Source: a virus (taxonomy: Duplodnaviria; Caudoviricetes). From it: a stretch of DNA of 64,000 nt. The notes beneath the pieces are model-generated. The model saw nothing but the letters and a program-made list of their open reading frames with translations, did not search any database and had not been told where the DNA came from. The DNA is taken from positions 1 through 64,000 of IMG/VR virus record IMGVR_UViG_3300044652_000032, one strand, 5' to 3'. The first letter of the stretch is position 1, and the number at the start of each line of letters is the position of its first letter. Positions 25,864 to 35,388 of this stretch are shown here, piece after piece. The position numbers and the translations under genes were made by a program.

Positions 25864-27458
25864 TGGTTGATATCAACACCAGACTACTGAAGGCGGGTGC
25901 GGGCGGCGGCACGGTGGGCGGCGGTCTGCCCTTCCAGAACTACGGCGCTGGCTGGGGTGCAGCGTCCATATACTCAAGCTGGGCGTCATGGGATGCGGCG
26001 CTCGACCGCATGTACCCCGACGCCGGAACCTCGCGCATCAACTGGGCCGCTCGCGCCGGAGACCCCACCACGTCGCGGTTGATGATGGCGCTGTACCGCT
26101 TTCTGAGCAACGTGCTGCCCGAGGCACCGCTGCAAGTCAGGAAGAAGGAGGGCGGCCAGAGCGGCGTCACCGGGCAGAGCGAACCCGTAGCCGACCACCC
26201 CATGGTCGCGCTGTGGAACCAGCCCAACAAGTTCTACTCCGGCTCGACGTTGATGAAGGGTTTGGCCTTCTCGTGGGCGACGCGCTCGGAGGCCTACATC
26301 CTCAAGGCCGTCAACACGGTGGGCGAGGTGCTGGAGCTGTGGTACGAGCCGCCGTGGTCTATCCGGCCCGTTTGGCCTATAGACGGAAGCGAGTACATCT
26401 CCTACTACGAGGTCAACCGCAACGGCACGTGGTATCCCGTCGAGCGTGAGTACGTCGTCCACCTGCGGGACGGTTTCCACCCCTACAACCAGCGCATAGG
26501 CTTCGAGACCAGCGTGGCCATCCTGCCCGAACTGGCCGGGGACAAGGAGGCCGCCTACTACTACGCCAACCTGATGTCCGGCTCGGGCGTCCCGCCCTTC
26601 ATCGTCGGCATAGACCCGCAGACCAAGATGAACGACGTGCAGGCCCGCCAGCTGCAGCAGCGTCTGGTCCAAGGCACCACCGGCGACAAGAAGGGCGAAC
26701 CCGTGGTCATCGCGGGAGGTAAGGCTTACAGGCTCGGGTTCACGCCGCGCGAACTTAACCTTGAAGAGACGCGGTACATGCCCGAGGACTCCTTCTGCGC
26801 CGTCAAGGGCTGTCCGGCGGTCGTGCTGGAGCTGGGCGCTGGGCGCGCCAACTCAATCTACAACAACGTGCAGGCGGCGGAGGAGAGGGCGTGGCGCTCC
26901 TACGTCAAGCCGCTGCTCCGCCACATCCGCGAGGAGCTGACCAGCCAGTTGCTCGTTGACTTCGAGGACGTGGACGAGCAGGGACGCATCACGACGGGCG
27001 CATACCTCGAACATGACTTTTCGGAAGTACAGGCGCTGCAGGAAGACCGCGACGCTAAGGCCAAGCGCATCGGCCAGCTTTGCAACGACGGCGTCATCAT
27101 GCTCTCCGAGGCGCGCTCCGAGATGGGCTACGGCCCTTCGGACGGCAAGAACTGGGAGCGCGACAAGATATTCCGCGTCAGCCGCGGCGTCACGCTGGTC
27201 AAGCCCGGCGAGCAGCCGCTGCCGCAGGGCGAGCAGATTATAGACATGACCACGGGCAAGGTCACACGCGAAGCCCAAGCGCCCACGCAGCCGCCCTCGC
27301 CCTTCGGCCCGACGCCCGCTCAACCCGGCGTGTCCCCGACCGAAGAGCAGACGGCCAAGAGCATACGAGCGCGCATAGCCGAGGCCCGACGACTACGCGC
27401 TCTGCCGCCCGCGCCACCGGAGAGCAACGGCAACGGACACCACAGGCTAGAGTTATAA
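25863..27458 (+). CDS. Portal protein (HK97-like)
   Basis: DHP...LWNQPN.FYSG, VVHLRDG, YNNVQAA, QALQED, SEARSEMGY. Confidence 0.9.
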   Translation: MVDINTRLLKAGAGGGTVGGGLPFQNYGAGWGAASIYSSWASWDAALDRMYPDAGTSRINWAARAGDPTTSRLMMALYRFLSNVLPEAPLQVRKKEGGQSGVTGQSEPVADHPMVALWNQPNKFYSGSTLMKGLAFSWATRSEAYILKAVNTVGEVLELWYEPPWSIRPVWPIDGSEYISYYEVNRNGTWYPVEREYVVHLRDGFHPYNQRIGFETSVAILPELAGDKEAAYYYANLMSGSGVPPFIVGIDPQTKMNDVQARQLQQRLVQGTTGDKKGEPVVIAGGKAYRLGFTPRELNLEETRYMPEDSFCAVKGCPAVVLELGAGRANSIYNNVQAAEERAWRSYVKPLLRHIREELTSQLLVDFEDVDEQGRITTGAYLEHDFSEVQALQEDRDAKAKRIGQLCNDGVIMLSEARSEMGYGPSDGKNWERDKIFRVSRGVTLVKPGEQPLPQGEQIIDMTTGKVTREAQAPTQPPSPFGPTPAQPGVSPTEEQTAKSIRARIAEARRLRALPPAPPESNGNGHHRLEL

Positions 27459-27465
27459 GGAGAGG

Positions 27466-27849
27466 ATGATGACCGTACCGCAGACCGCCACCGTGACCAC
27501 TCCGACCATCGGCGAGGTCGAGACCGTAGCCCCGGCCATAGCCGACGCCGTGCTGCTCGCCCCGCACGCCGCGACCAAGACCGTGGCTGCCAGCGGAACA
27601 GCCGTCAAGCTGACGGCTTCCGCCCAGCGCTGCCACAGCGTATTAATCGTCCCGCTCTCCACCAACACGGGCAACGTCTATGTCGGTGACTCTACCGTGA
27701 ACAAGACCACGTCGCCGCAGATCGTCATCCCGAAGGGCGCGCCGCCCGTCACGATAGAGGTGCCTGTGGGCTACTGCATCGACCTCACGCAGTGGTATCT
27801 GGACGCGGACGTCAACGGCGAGGGCGTCGCCTTCCTATACATGGTCTGA
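27466..27849 (+). CDS. Probable virion structural protein
   Basis: Beta-rich, NTGNVYVGDS, DADVNGEGV. Confidence 0.55.
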   Translation: MMTVPQTATVTTPTIGEVETVAPAIADAVLLAPHAATKTVAASGTAVKLTASAQRCHSVLIVPLSTNTGNVYVGDSTVNKTTSPQIVIPKGAPPVTIEVPVGYCIDLTQWYLDADVNGEGVAFLYMV

Positions 27850-27869
27850 GTCAACGGAGGAGCAACCCC

Positions 27870-30419
27870 ATGGGCGTCCGCTATCCTATTCAACGCGCGC
27901 TTTACGGCAACGGCAACTCCGTGGTCTGCAACGCGGACGGCTCCGTGGATATGTTCGCCGCCAACGGCCAGCCCGTCACCACGCACGAAGACCGGCTGCG
28001 CGTCACGCAGGGGCCGATAGAGCAGCCCGGACTTTCCGGCGTCGCGCTCAGCGCCGCGGGCGAGGGCCGCTTCTGGTTCGACGCCGGCACAAACCACTGG
28101 ATGTACTCGGAGAACCACGGAGCGGCGACGCAGGCGTTCGGCGCTGCGAGCATCACCGCGAACACGACGGTCAACCGCGTCCCTTACCTCTCCGGCGCGA
28201 ACACCTATGCAGACAGCCCCGTGTCCGTGCAGAGCGGCATGGTCGGCATCAACCTCGGCTCGGTCGCGCCGCCGACGATGTTCACCGTGGGCGACACGCT
28301 CAACTCCACCCCACGCGGGCTGATGTCGTGGCAGGCTTCGACGGACGCTAACAGCGCGCACTTCCACCTCCGCAAGAGCCGCGGGACGTTCGCCGCGCCC
28401 ACGGTCGTCGTTACCGCCGACGTGATGGGGCGCATCGTCTTCAGCGGCTACGACGGCAGCGCGTACAACGAGTCAGCCTATATCCGCTCGACCGTCACGG
28501 GCACGGTCGCCGCTAACCGCGTGCCGTCGAAGATGGAGTTCTTCACTTCGACCGACGCCGCGCCTTCCGTGGCTACGGTCGCCCTCACTTTGAACGCCGA
28601 CCAGAGTGCCAACTTCGTCAACACCGTCAACGCGACTACCTTTGTCGGTGCTTTGACGGGCACAGCGAGCGGCAATCTCAACAAGACGGGCGACACGCTC
28701 ACGGGCACGGCAGGTGCAGGCTTCCTCGGCTTCCCCTCGCAGTCTTCTAACCCTTCAACTCCCGGTTCAGGCTTCGTTCTCTTCGCAGAGAGCGCAGGCA
28801 AACTCGCGTACAAGCGACCGGACGGGTTCGTGCGGAAGTTCGACTTCGGCTCTCCGACCGCCGATAGAACCATCACCTTCACCGATGCTGACATCACAGT
28901 GGCAGGGACGAACGTCGCGCAGACGTTTTCGGCCACGCAAACTTTCTCAAGCAATAGTGTCATTGTCGGACTCCAACCCGCATCGGACTCGACAACTGCA
29001 ATCCGAGTTTATAAGGCGGACGGCTCTACCGTTATCCTGACCGTTGATTCAACGAATCGAACTCTTACCGTTACGGGTACGTCCGGCAGTTCGCAGTTTC
29101 GTATCACGGATAGCACGAACAGCAAGACGCGATTCTTCCTGAACAACAACGATGACCTGTCCTTTCTAAACAACGCGGCAGTTAGACAGTTCACTCTTCT
29201 GAGCGCCAGCGGCTCGGCGCAGGTTCCGAGTGGTGGCGCGTTTAGCTTTTCAAGTACGACGGCATCGGATGGTACGGCAGACACTTTCCTAACTCGCGCC
29301 GCCGCAGCCAACCTCCGCTTCGGAGCAGCCGACGCAGCCGCACCCGTTGCTCAGACAGTCTCGGTTCAAAACGTCGTCGCCGGGACTTCCAACACGGCGG
29401 GCGTTGACTGGACGTTTCAAGGCTCGCAGGGGACGGGCACGGGCGCTGGCGGGAAGTTCGTCTTCAAAGGTGCTCCGGCTGGCTCGACCGGCACGGCTCA
29501 GAACGCGCTCTCGACCCTGTTCACGATTGACCCGGCGACGGGCGTCACACTTGGAAGCGGGCAGATGCTTCTGCCTGACGGGAGCGTATCAAATCCTGTA
29601 ATCGGATTTTCGTCTAAGACGGGCAACGGCATTTATCACGTTCCCGCCACTGACGCCGTAGGCGAACTATCAATAGCGATAGGGGGAGTACAAAAGTACA
29701 GATTCAGAAGCAGCCTCTTCATGCTCACAGGGCCGACGCTGGCTATCAGAAATGATAGCGGCTCGATGACGATGGGTTCTGCTGATGACGTTGCTTTATT
29801 CCGCGACGCGGCGAACGTCCTCGCCCTCAGAAACGGGTCGACCGCGCAGACGTTGCGCGTCAGCGGGTCTTACACAGACTCGTCCAACCGGCGCGGCGTG
29901 GCACTACTCGGCGGCTCGTCAACGCCCTCGATAGTCGCCTACGGCATAGGAACGCAGGCGAGCGCGGACGGCGTTCTCACGATTCAGAACAACGGCGCGA
30001 CGGGACTCGGCACGCTCGCGCTCGGCGCTTCAACGCCTTCGACAATCGGCTCACTTCCGACGCACGGGCAGACGCTCTCCATCCTGCAAGCCGAAGAGTC
30101 GTTGACCATCGCGGCGGCTGCCACGACAACGACCACGATGCAGATTCCGGCGAACGCCGTCGTCATGGCCGTGAGCGTGAGAGTGACGACGGTCATACCC
30201 ACTGCCGCGACCTTCACCGTCAAAGTCGGCACTACCACCGTCAGTACGACGAACATTTCAACCGCCGCTGGTACTACCGACCCCGGCACGTTCGCGGGCA
30301 GCTTCTACAACTCCACAGCGCAAGGCGTGACGATTACGCCGAACTCGACGCCGGGCGCGGCCACGGGCGTTGTGCGAGTGACGGTCATGTACTACTTGGT
30401 CACGCCGCCGACTTCGTAA
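27870..30419 (+). CDS. Long T/S/A/G-rich fibre-like virion protein
   Basis: Composition and fibre-like segments (RKSRGT..APT, LTRAAAANL, RDAANVLALRNG). Confidence 0.7.
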   Translation: MGVRYPIQRALYGNGNSVVCNADGSVDMFAANGQPVTTHEDRLRVTQGPIEQPGLSGVALSAAGEGRFWFDAGTNHWMYSENHGAATQAFGAASITANTTVNRVPYLSGANTYADSPVSVQSGMVGINLGSVAPPTMFTVGDTLNSTPRGLMSWQASTDANSAHFHLRKSRGTFAAPTVVVTADVMGRIVFSGYDGSAYNESAYIRSTVTGTVAANRVPSKMEFFTSTDAAPSVATVALTLNADQSANFVNTVNATTFVGALTGTASGNLNKTGDTLTGTAGAGFLGFPSQSSNPSTPGSGFVLFAESAGKLAYKRPDGFVRKFDFGSPTADRTITFTDADITVAGTNVAQTFSATQTFSSNSVIVGLQPASDSTTAIRVYKADGSTVILTVDSTNRTLTVTGTSGSSQFRITDSTNSKTRFFLNNNDDLSFLNNAAVRQFTLLSASGSAQVPSGGAFSFSSTTASDGTADTFLTRAAAANLRFGAADAAAPVAQTVSVQNVVAGTSNTAGVDWTFQGSQGTGTGAGGKFVFKGAPAGSTGTAQNALSTLFTIDPATGVTLGSGQMLLPDGSVSNPVIGFSSKTGNGIYHVPATDAVGELSIAIGGVQKYRFRSSLFMLTGPTLAIRNDSGSMTMGSADDVALFRDAANVLALRNGSTAQTLRVSGSYTDSSNRRGVALLGGSSTPSIVAYGIGTQASADGVLTIQNNGATGLGTLALGASTPSTIGSLPTHGQTLSILQAEESLTIAAAATTTTTMQIPANAVVMAVSVRVTTVIPTAATFTVKVGTTTVSTTNISTAAGTTDPGTFAGSFYNSTAQGVTITPNSTPGAATGVVRVTVMYYLVTPPTS

Positions 30420-30432
30420 CAAGGAGCAATCA

Positions 30433-30730
30433 ATGTCAGTCACACTTAACTTCGATTCACTGACCCCGCTCGGCCCGCGCGGCGGTCGCGGCCATCATCC
30501 CCGAACCAGCAGAGGGCGAGACGAAGGAGACGGTCGAAGAATACTTGACTCGTCTCGGCGCTGGTCAAGCGGCGGTTGATTCTTACGTCGAAGCCTTCAC
30601 CGCGCAGGGGACGGCTCAATTCGCCGAGTTGGGGCGCGAGTTGTTTCTGGCGATGGCGACCGACCCGGCGAAGAAGGCGCAGTTGGAGCCGCTGATCGAG
30701 CAGGCCAGAGCCATCCTCGGCATCGCTTAA
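30433..30730 (+). pseudogene. Small gene split by an apparent +1 frameshift near 30472
   Basis: SD and ATG at 30433 give MSVTLNFDSLTPL; protein-like sequence continues in the +1 frame (ARAAVAAIIPEP...ILGIA). Confidence 0.45.
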
Positions 30731-30778
30731 AGCGTCCGTCTCGAGCGTCTGCCGGAGCTACAACGGGTTTTTAGCTGC

Positions 30779-32110
30779 ATGACCGTACCCTTCCCTGTTA
30801 AGAGTTATGATCCGGACGAGCCGCGCGACGAGCGTGGACGGTGGAGTGCGGAGGGAGGGAATCCTGCGGACGCAGACCTTGGTAAGCACAACTTCCCTTT
30901 CCCCGAAGAATCTGGCCTTACATATATCAGCCACATCACCGACAAGATGCCCTTCGTAGGCGACACGAAGGTGGACGAGGTGCTGAAGGCCGCCGACGCC
31001 GCTAATCCGGACTGGCGTTTTGGCCTTACAAAAGATGGCAACGACCTGTGGACGGAAGAAAGAGTTCAGTCCGTTCCGGTAGACAAGATTCGTTCTTTGC
31101 AACACGCCGTCAACTTGGAGACCGTCCGCACTTATCAGCGGGAGACGCCTGCGGGACGTGAGCCGCTGGCACTAAAGTACGGCGGTCAGTACTATCTACG
31201 TAATGGTAACCATCGCGCGCTGGCCGAGATACTCAACGGGGCGAAGAAGGTAAAGTTACACGTCTATGATATTGATACTGAATCCAAGAAGTCGCTGAAG
31301 GCGGCGGACACGACGCTGAAGGAGCGGTTCGACGACTTCCTCGCCCGCGCCGAGCAGGAGGGCTTCCTCACCGCAGACCAGATTGACGACCTACGCCAGC
31401 GCTACGAGGACGGCGACGTAACGGACGAGGATCTGCCCCTCCCGCTGGACGAGGCCATTGATGACGACCTCACGGAGCAGGACGTTGAGGACGCCAAGCG
31501 CAGACTGGGCGCAGCTATACTCCTTGCCACCTTCGCGGGTCGAGCGCTGCTCCGCGACCGATTGCAGACCAAGTTCGAAGACAGAGCAGCCGCCCGTGCC
31601 GCGCAGCCCTCGCTCGCCCAGTGGCAGCGGGACTTCAAAGACGATATTGCACGCTACACGACAGACCAAGCCGTGCTGGGCGACCGTGGCACGGTGAGCG
31701 CGGAGCGGCTGCAATCAATCAGCGACATCGTCCAGCAGCAGCAGGCCTACCTCTCGCGCTTCGCCGATCAGCGGGCCGCCCGCGCCCTCACGGGCGACGA
31801 GATGACGGACGCGTACATCGCCGCGCGCAGCCAGCTCTACTCGGGGCAGGGCCGTGCGGAGTGGTTCAAGGGCGCGGAGGACGAGGAGGCCACACCCGAC
31901 ACCGTCGTGTACTACGAGGCCGTAGGCGATGCGTCCACGTGTGATGCCTGTCTCCACGCCGAGGCCGGGAGTCCTTACTTGCCGGGCGAGGGGCCGTATC
32001 CGGGCGAGGTGTGCGACGGCCACGGCTACTGCCGCTGCGAGCGCCGTGCCGTACACGACCCCGAGCTGGCCAAGATATTGCGGGGCGAACCGGACGCTCC
32101 TACCGACTAA
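30779..32110 (+). CDS. MuF-like head morphogenesis protein with N-terminal ParB/Srx-like domain
   Basis: C-terminal D.STCDAC...PGEVCDG..YCRC; N-terminal YYLRNGNHRALA; KSYDPDEPRDERGRW motif. Confidence 0.75.
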   Translation: MTVPFPVKSYDPDEPRDERGRWSAEGGNPADADLGKHNFPFPEESGLTYISHITDKMPFVGDTKVDEVLKAADAANPDWRFGLTKDGNDLWTEERVQSVPVDKIRSLQHAVNLETVRTYQRETPAGREPLALKYGGQYYLRNGNHRALAEILNGAKKVKLHVYDIDTESKKSLKAADTTLKERFDDFLARAEQEGFLTADQIDDLRQRYEDGDVTDEDLPLPLDEAIDDDLTEQDVEDAKRRLGAAILLATFAGRALLRDRLQTKFEDRAAARAAQPSLAQWQRDFKDDIARYTTDQAVLGDRGTVSAERLQSISDIVQQQQAYLSRFADQRAARALTGDEMTDAYIAARSQLYSGQGRAEWFKGAEDEEATPDTVVYYEAVGDASTCDACLHAEAGSPYLPGEGPYPGEVCDGHGYCRCERRAVHDPELAKILRGEPDAPTD

Positions 32111-32249
32111 GACTATATCCGCTGGGCTACTGAAAAGTAACTCGCCTTTTTCGTTCCTCTTCCATAAAAATCCGCTGAATTGACGGGCGAACGTATAATC
32201 GCGGCGTCGCGTTACGTTTGCAACCGTTTTGCGTCTGCTGCATTCCTAG

Positions 32250-35200
32250 ATGACCACGATGACTACCAGTTCGGGCTACCCTCCATACCCGAAGGTGACG
32301 GGCGTGGAGACCGGCGCGGGCGATGTGGCCCGGATACCCACGGAGCAGGACAAGATGAATCGCTGCCAAGTCTGCGGCCAAACCGAGGAAGACAATCCCG
32401 CTCACGAGGACGACTACTCCGGGCCGGGCAAGCACAAGTTCCGTCCTGCGGCGGAGGAGAAGTCCTTGGGTGACGACATGTACGTCACCACTCCCGCCTC
32501 CGGCATGGCCATCAAGTCGCTGGGCGGCGGACGCTTCGCCGGTTACATGATCCGCCACACCTCCGCCGCCGACCCCGACCTGACCAACGACTACTTTACC
32601 AAGAGCACCGAGCGCTACATCGAGGTCGGAGACACCATCCCCGTCCTCTACGACCACGGATTAGACCCCACGCTCAAGCGCACACGAATCGGAAGGGCCA
32701 CCGTCAAGGACATTGACGACGTCGGCGTCTGGATCGAGGGACAGTTGAAGCTGCGCGACGGCTACGAAAAGAGCGAGCGCGTGCAAAAGTACCTCGACGC
32801 TATTGACACTCAACTCATCCGTCCGGGCAAGGCCGGACTCAGTACGGGCGCGGCCAGTCACATGGTGGAGCGCAAGAAGTCGGAGCGGAAGGGCGTAAGT
32901 GAGATAACGGCGTGGGGCGTGGCCGAGGTCTCGATTACTCCAATGCCCACGGAGCCGCGTGCGGCAGCGATGAGCGTGAAGAGCCTGCGCGAGTACGCCG
33001 TCGAGCCGGAGGCCGACGCCCGCGACTTCCTCAAGGCCGTGTGGAGCGGCAAGCACAAGAACGACCTCCCGGACTCGGCCTTCGCCTTCATAGAGAGCGG
33101 TGGGTCAAAAGACTCGGAGGGCAAGACCACGCCCCGCTCGCTCCGCCACTTCCCGATACGCAATAGCGCAGGCGACCTTGACGCTTCACACGTCAGGAAC
33201 GCACTGGGGCGCATCCCGCAGAGCGACCTGAGCGACGACGACAAGCAGAAGGCGCTCGCCAAGGTGAAGGCTGCCGCGAAGGAGCTGGGCATCGGCGACG
33301 AGGAGCAAAAGAGCCTGATGCTCAAGGGCAGCCCCGACCAGCCGAGGGACGATCATGGGCGTTGGAGTTCTGGCGGCGGTGACGAAAGTAGCGTGAAGGT
33401 AATTAATCATAGCGACGGGCTTCCTCACATGCGGCCTGAGTATTACCAGAACACAGCGGCTTCGGCAAAGACCGTTGACAGAGAATCTTGGCGAGATAAG
33501 ATTAAGGAGGATCGCACTCTCGAGGTTCATAACCACCCTAATGGGGTAGAAATTCACGACAAAGGGTCAAACACTACTCGCATTTCAACATTTACACACG
33601 AGGGTGCACACGCACTCGGCAACGCATTAAGTCAGGCGGCAAAAAGCGCGTCGGATAATCAGCGCGTCGAATCCAAGCATACGACAAACGGATTTCAACA
33701 TTATATTGAAAACTACAGTAAAGAGGATGCGGCTTCTCTCGGAGCAGCCTTGTCCAATATACGTCCGCCGCGCGAGTCGAAGAGTGTCGGCAAGATGGTG
33801 GAGGAGGGTAACTTCTACCGCTACCGCCTGCGCGACCCCTCCGACTTCGAGCAGGACTCCTTCCGCACCATCACGCTCGGCAACGCCGGAGGCAAGGCCA
33901 AAGGCCCGAAGATACAGGCCGTCGTAGGCAAGCTGAAGGGCGAGGACGCCATGACGCTCCAGACCTACATGTTCCCCACCGACGAGTGGGACGAGGACGA
34001 CGTCCAGCGGTGGGTGGACGACCACAAGGACAAGAAGTCGCTCGCTTTCCTGGGGTGGTCCGACATCAAGGGTTCGCCTGATCAGCCGAGAGATGATCAT
34101 GGCAGGTGGACGAGCGGGGGAGGGGATGATACGGCTGGCGGTGACTCAGTGTCCGTAGGCAAATTTTCTTCACCGACTCCAGACCACTTTGGCACACGTG
34201 AGGATAATCCCGAAAAACCCCCCGCAGGATGGTCGCGTACCGCCTCGGATAAATTGCAGCGGTATGTAATGACACCGTCTGGCGAGTATAAAGTAACCAT
34301 TACCTACCATAACGGTAACTATGCCAAGGTAGACGCACAACAGTCGGGGCGCAGCATCAATGATAGGTATATTTTCAACGGACGGCGACTTGGCGGCAAC
34401 GAGATGGTAGAGTGGGACAAGTTGCCTTCGTATTTGAACAATCTTAGCCATCAATTGTCTAATTTACCTGATTTATCACGGAAGAGTATGCCCGGCTCCA
34501 CGCTCGCTCTGCCGCACAAGCCCCACCAGTACATGGGCGACTCGGACGGGCGGTGCAAGGTGTGCGGCAAGGCGGAGGACGACCCCCTGCACGAGGAGGC
34601 CGCAAAGCGGCTGAGCCGTCCGCTGAAGACTTTGTTCGAGGAAGAGCTGGCGCAGATATCGCCTTCGGTCTGGACGTTGCAGAGCGCGCGGGACAACGTG
34701 CTGTCCGACATTGCGGCGGCCAAGCTGGTGGAGGGCGTGGCGGGTACGCCTGTGGACGTGCAGGGCAAGGTCACCGAGTGCATGACGGAGTACGCCGCGC
34801 GATTTATCCCGCTGGCCGTGGCGCAGATAAACGACTGGGTCGAGGATCAGTCGGAGCCGGGTAGCGATTCCTACAACAACGGCAGGTTCTACCTGCGTAG
34901 CATCAACATTCATTCTTTAGCCGACCTTATAAACGACGATGCGACCAAGAGCGAGGGCGTGCCTGCCCTCCGCTTGGCCGACCACTCCGCACGGACGGTG
35001 TCCGCCGTAGAGGAGTTCGCGACCATTACGACGCGACTGACGGGAGCGGTTAAGGGCTTCCTGCAGCGCGTCTCTGACCGCATGGAGTTCCGCCGCAACC
35101 AGCCCACGACCAAGAGCGGGCGCGTGCTCAGCAAGGAGAACAGCGACCGCCTGCGGGAGTTGCACGCTTCTCTCGGCTCCGCGATAGACGACGCCAAGGA

Positions 35201-35369
35201 GATGCACGGGCATCTGGGCGACCTGATAGAGCGGGCCAACAGCAAGTACGCCTCCGATAACGACGGTGACGAGCAGAGCAAGAAGGCTCTGGCCGACGAG
35301 TGGGAGACGAGGCTGATGGTGCTCAACGCCGAGGTCGACACCGAGCTGGCGCTGGCCGGAACACACTGA
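32250..35369 (+). CDS. HK97-type prohead protease polyprotein with inserted domains
   Basis: VLYDHG (His), GLSTG (Ser), EVSITPMP; ~750 further aa containing repeated motifs. Confidence 0.85.
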   Translation: MTTMTTSSGYPPYPKVTGVETGAGDVARIPTEQDKMNRCQVCGQTEEDNPAHEDDYSGPGKHKFRPAAEEKSLGDDMYVTTPASGMAIKSLGGGRFAGYMIRHTSAADPDLTNDYFTKSTERYIEVGDTIPVLYDHGLDPTLKRTRIGRATVKDIDDVGVWIEGQLKLRDGYEKSERVQKYLDAIDTQLIRPGKAGLSTGAASHMVERKKSERKGVSEITAWGVAEVSITPMPTEPRAAAMSVKSLREYAVEPEADARDFLKAVWSGKHKNDLPDSAFAFIESGGSKDSEGKTTPRSLRHFPIRNSAGDLDASHVRNALGRIPQSDLSDDDKQKALAKVKAAAKELGIGDEEQKSLMLKGSPDQPRDDHGRWSSGGGDESSVKVINHSDGLPHMRPEYYQNTAASAKTVDRESWRDKIKEDRTLEVHNHPNGVEIHDKGSNTTRISTFTHEGAHALGNALSQAAKSASDNQRVESKHTTNGFQHYIENYSKEDAASLGAALSNIRPPRESKSVGKMVEEGNFYRYRLRDPSDFEQDSFRTITLGNAGGKAKGPKIQAVVGKLKGEDAMTLQTYMFPTDEWDEDDVQRWVDDHKDKKSLAFLGWSDIKGSPDQPRDDHGRWTSGGGDDTAGGDSVSVGKFSSPTPDHFGTREDNPEKPPAGWSRTASDKLQRYVMTPSGEYKVTITYHNGNYAKVDAQQSGRSINDRYIFNGRRLGGNEMVEWDKLPSYLNNLSHQLSNLPDLSRKSMPGSTLALPHKPHQYMGDSDGRCKVCGKAEDDPLHEEAAKRLSRPLKTLFEEELAQISPSVWTLQSARDNVLSDIAAAKLVEGVAGTPVDVQGKVTECMTEYAARFIPLAVAQINDWVEDQSEPGSDSYNNGRFYLRSINIHSLADLINDDATKSEGVPALRLADHSARTVSAVEEFATITTRLTGAVKGFLQRVSDRMEFRRNQPTTKSGRVLSKENSDRLRELHASLGSAIDDAKEMHGHLGDLIERANSKYASDNDGDEQSKKALADEWETRLMVLNAEVDTELALAGTH

Positions 35370-35388
35370 CCCACTACGGAGAACTACG

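Noticed and set aside
32180-32199. TTGACG...TATAAT promoter before the protease gene
   Set aside because: Spacer is only 8 nt; the hexamer at 17-nt spacing is a poor -35
24045-34121. CRISPR or DGR interpretation of the repeated AAGGG..CC.GA.CAGCCGAG segments
   Set aside because: Copies are dispersed, in frame and vary mostly at synonymous positions; no cas or reverse transcriptase gene
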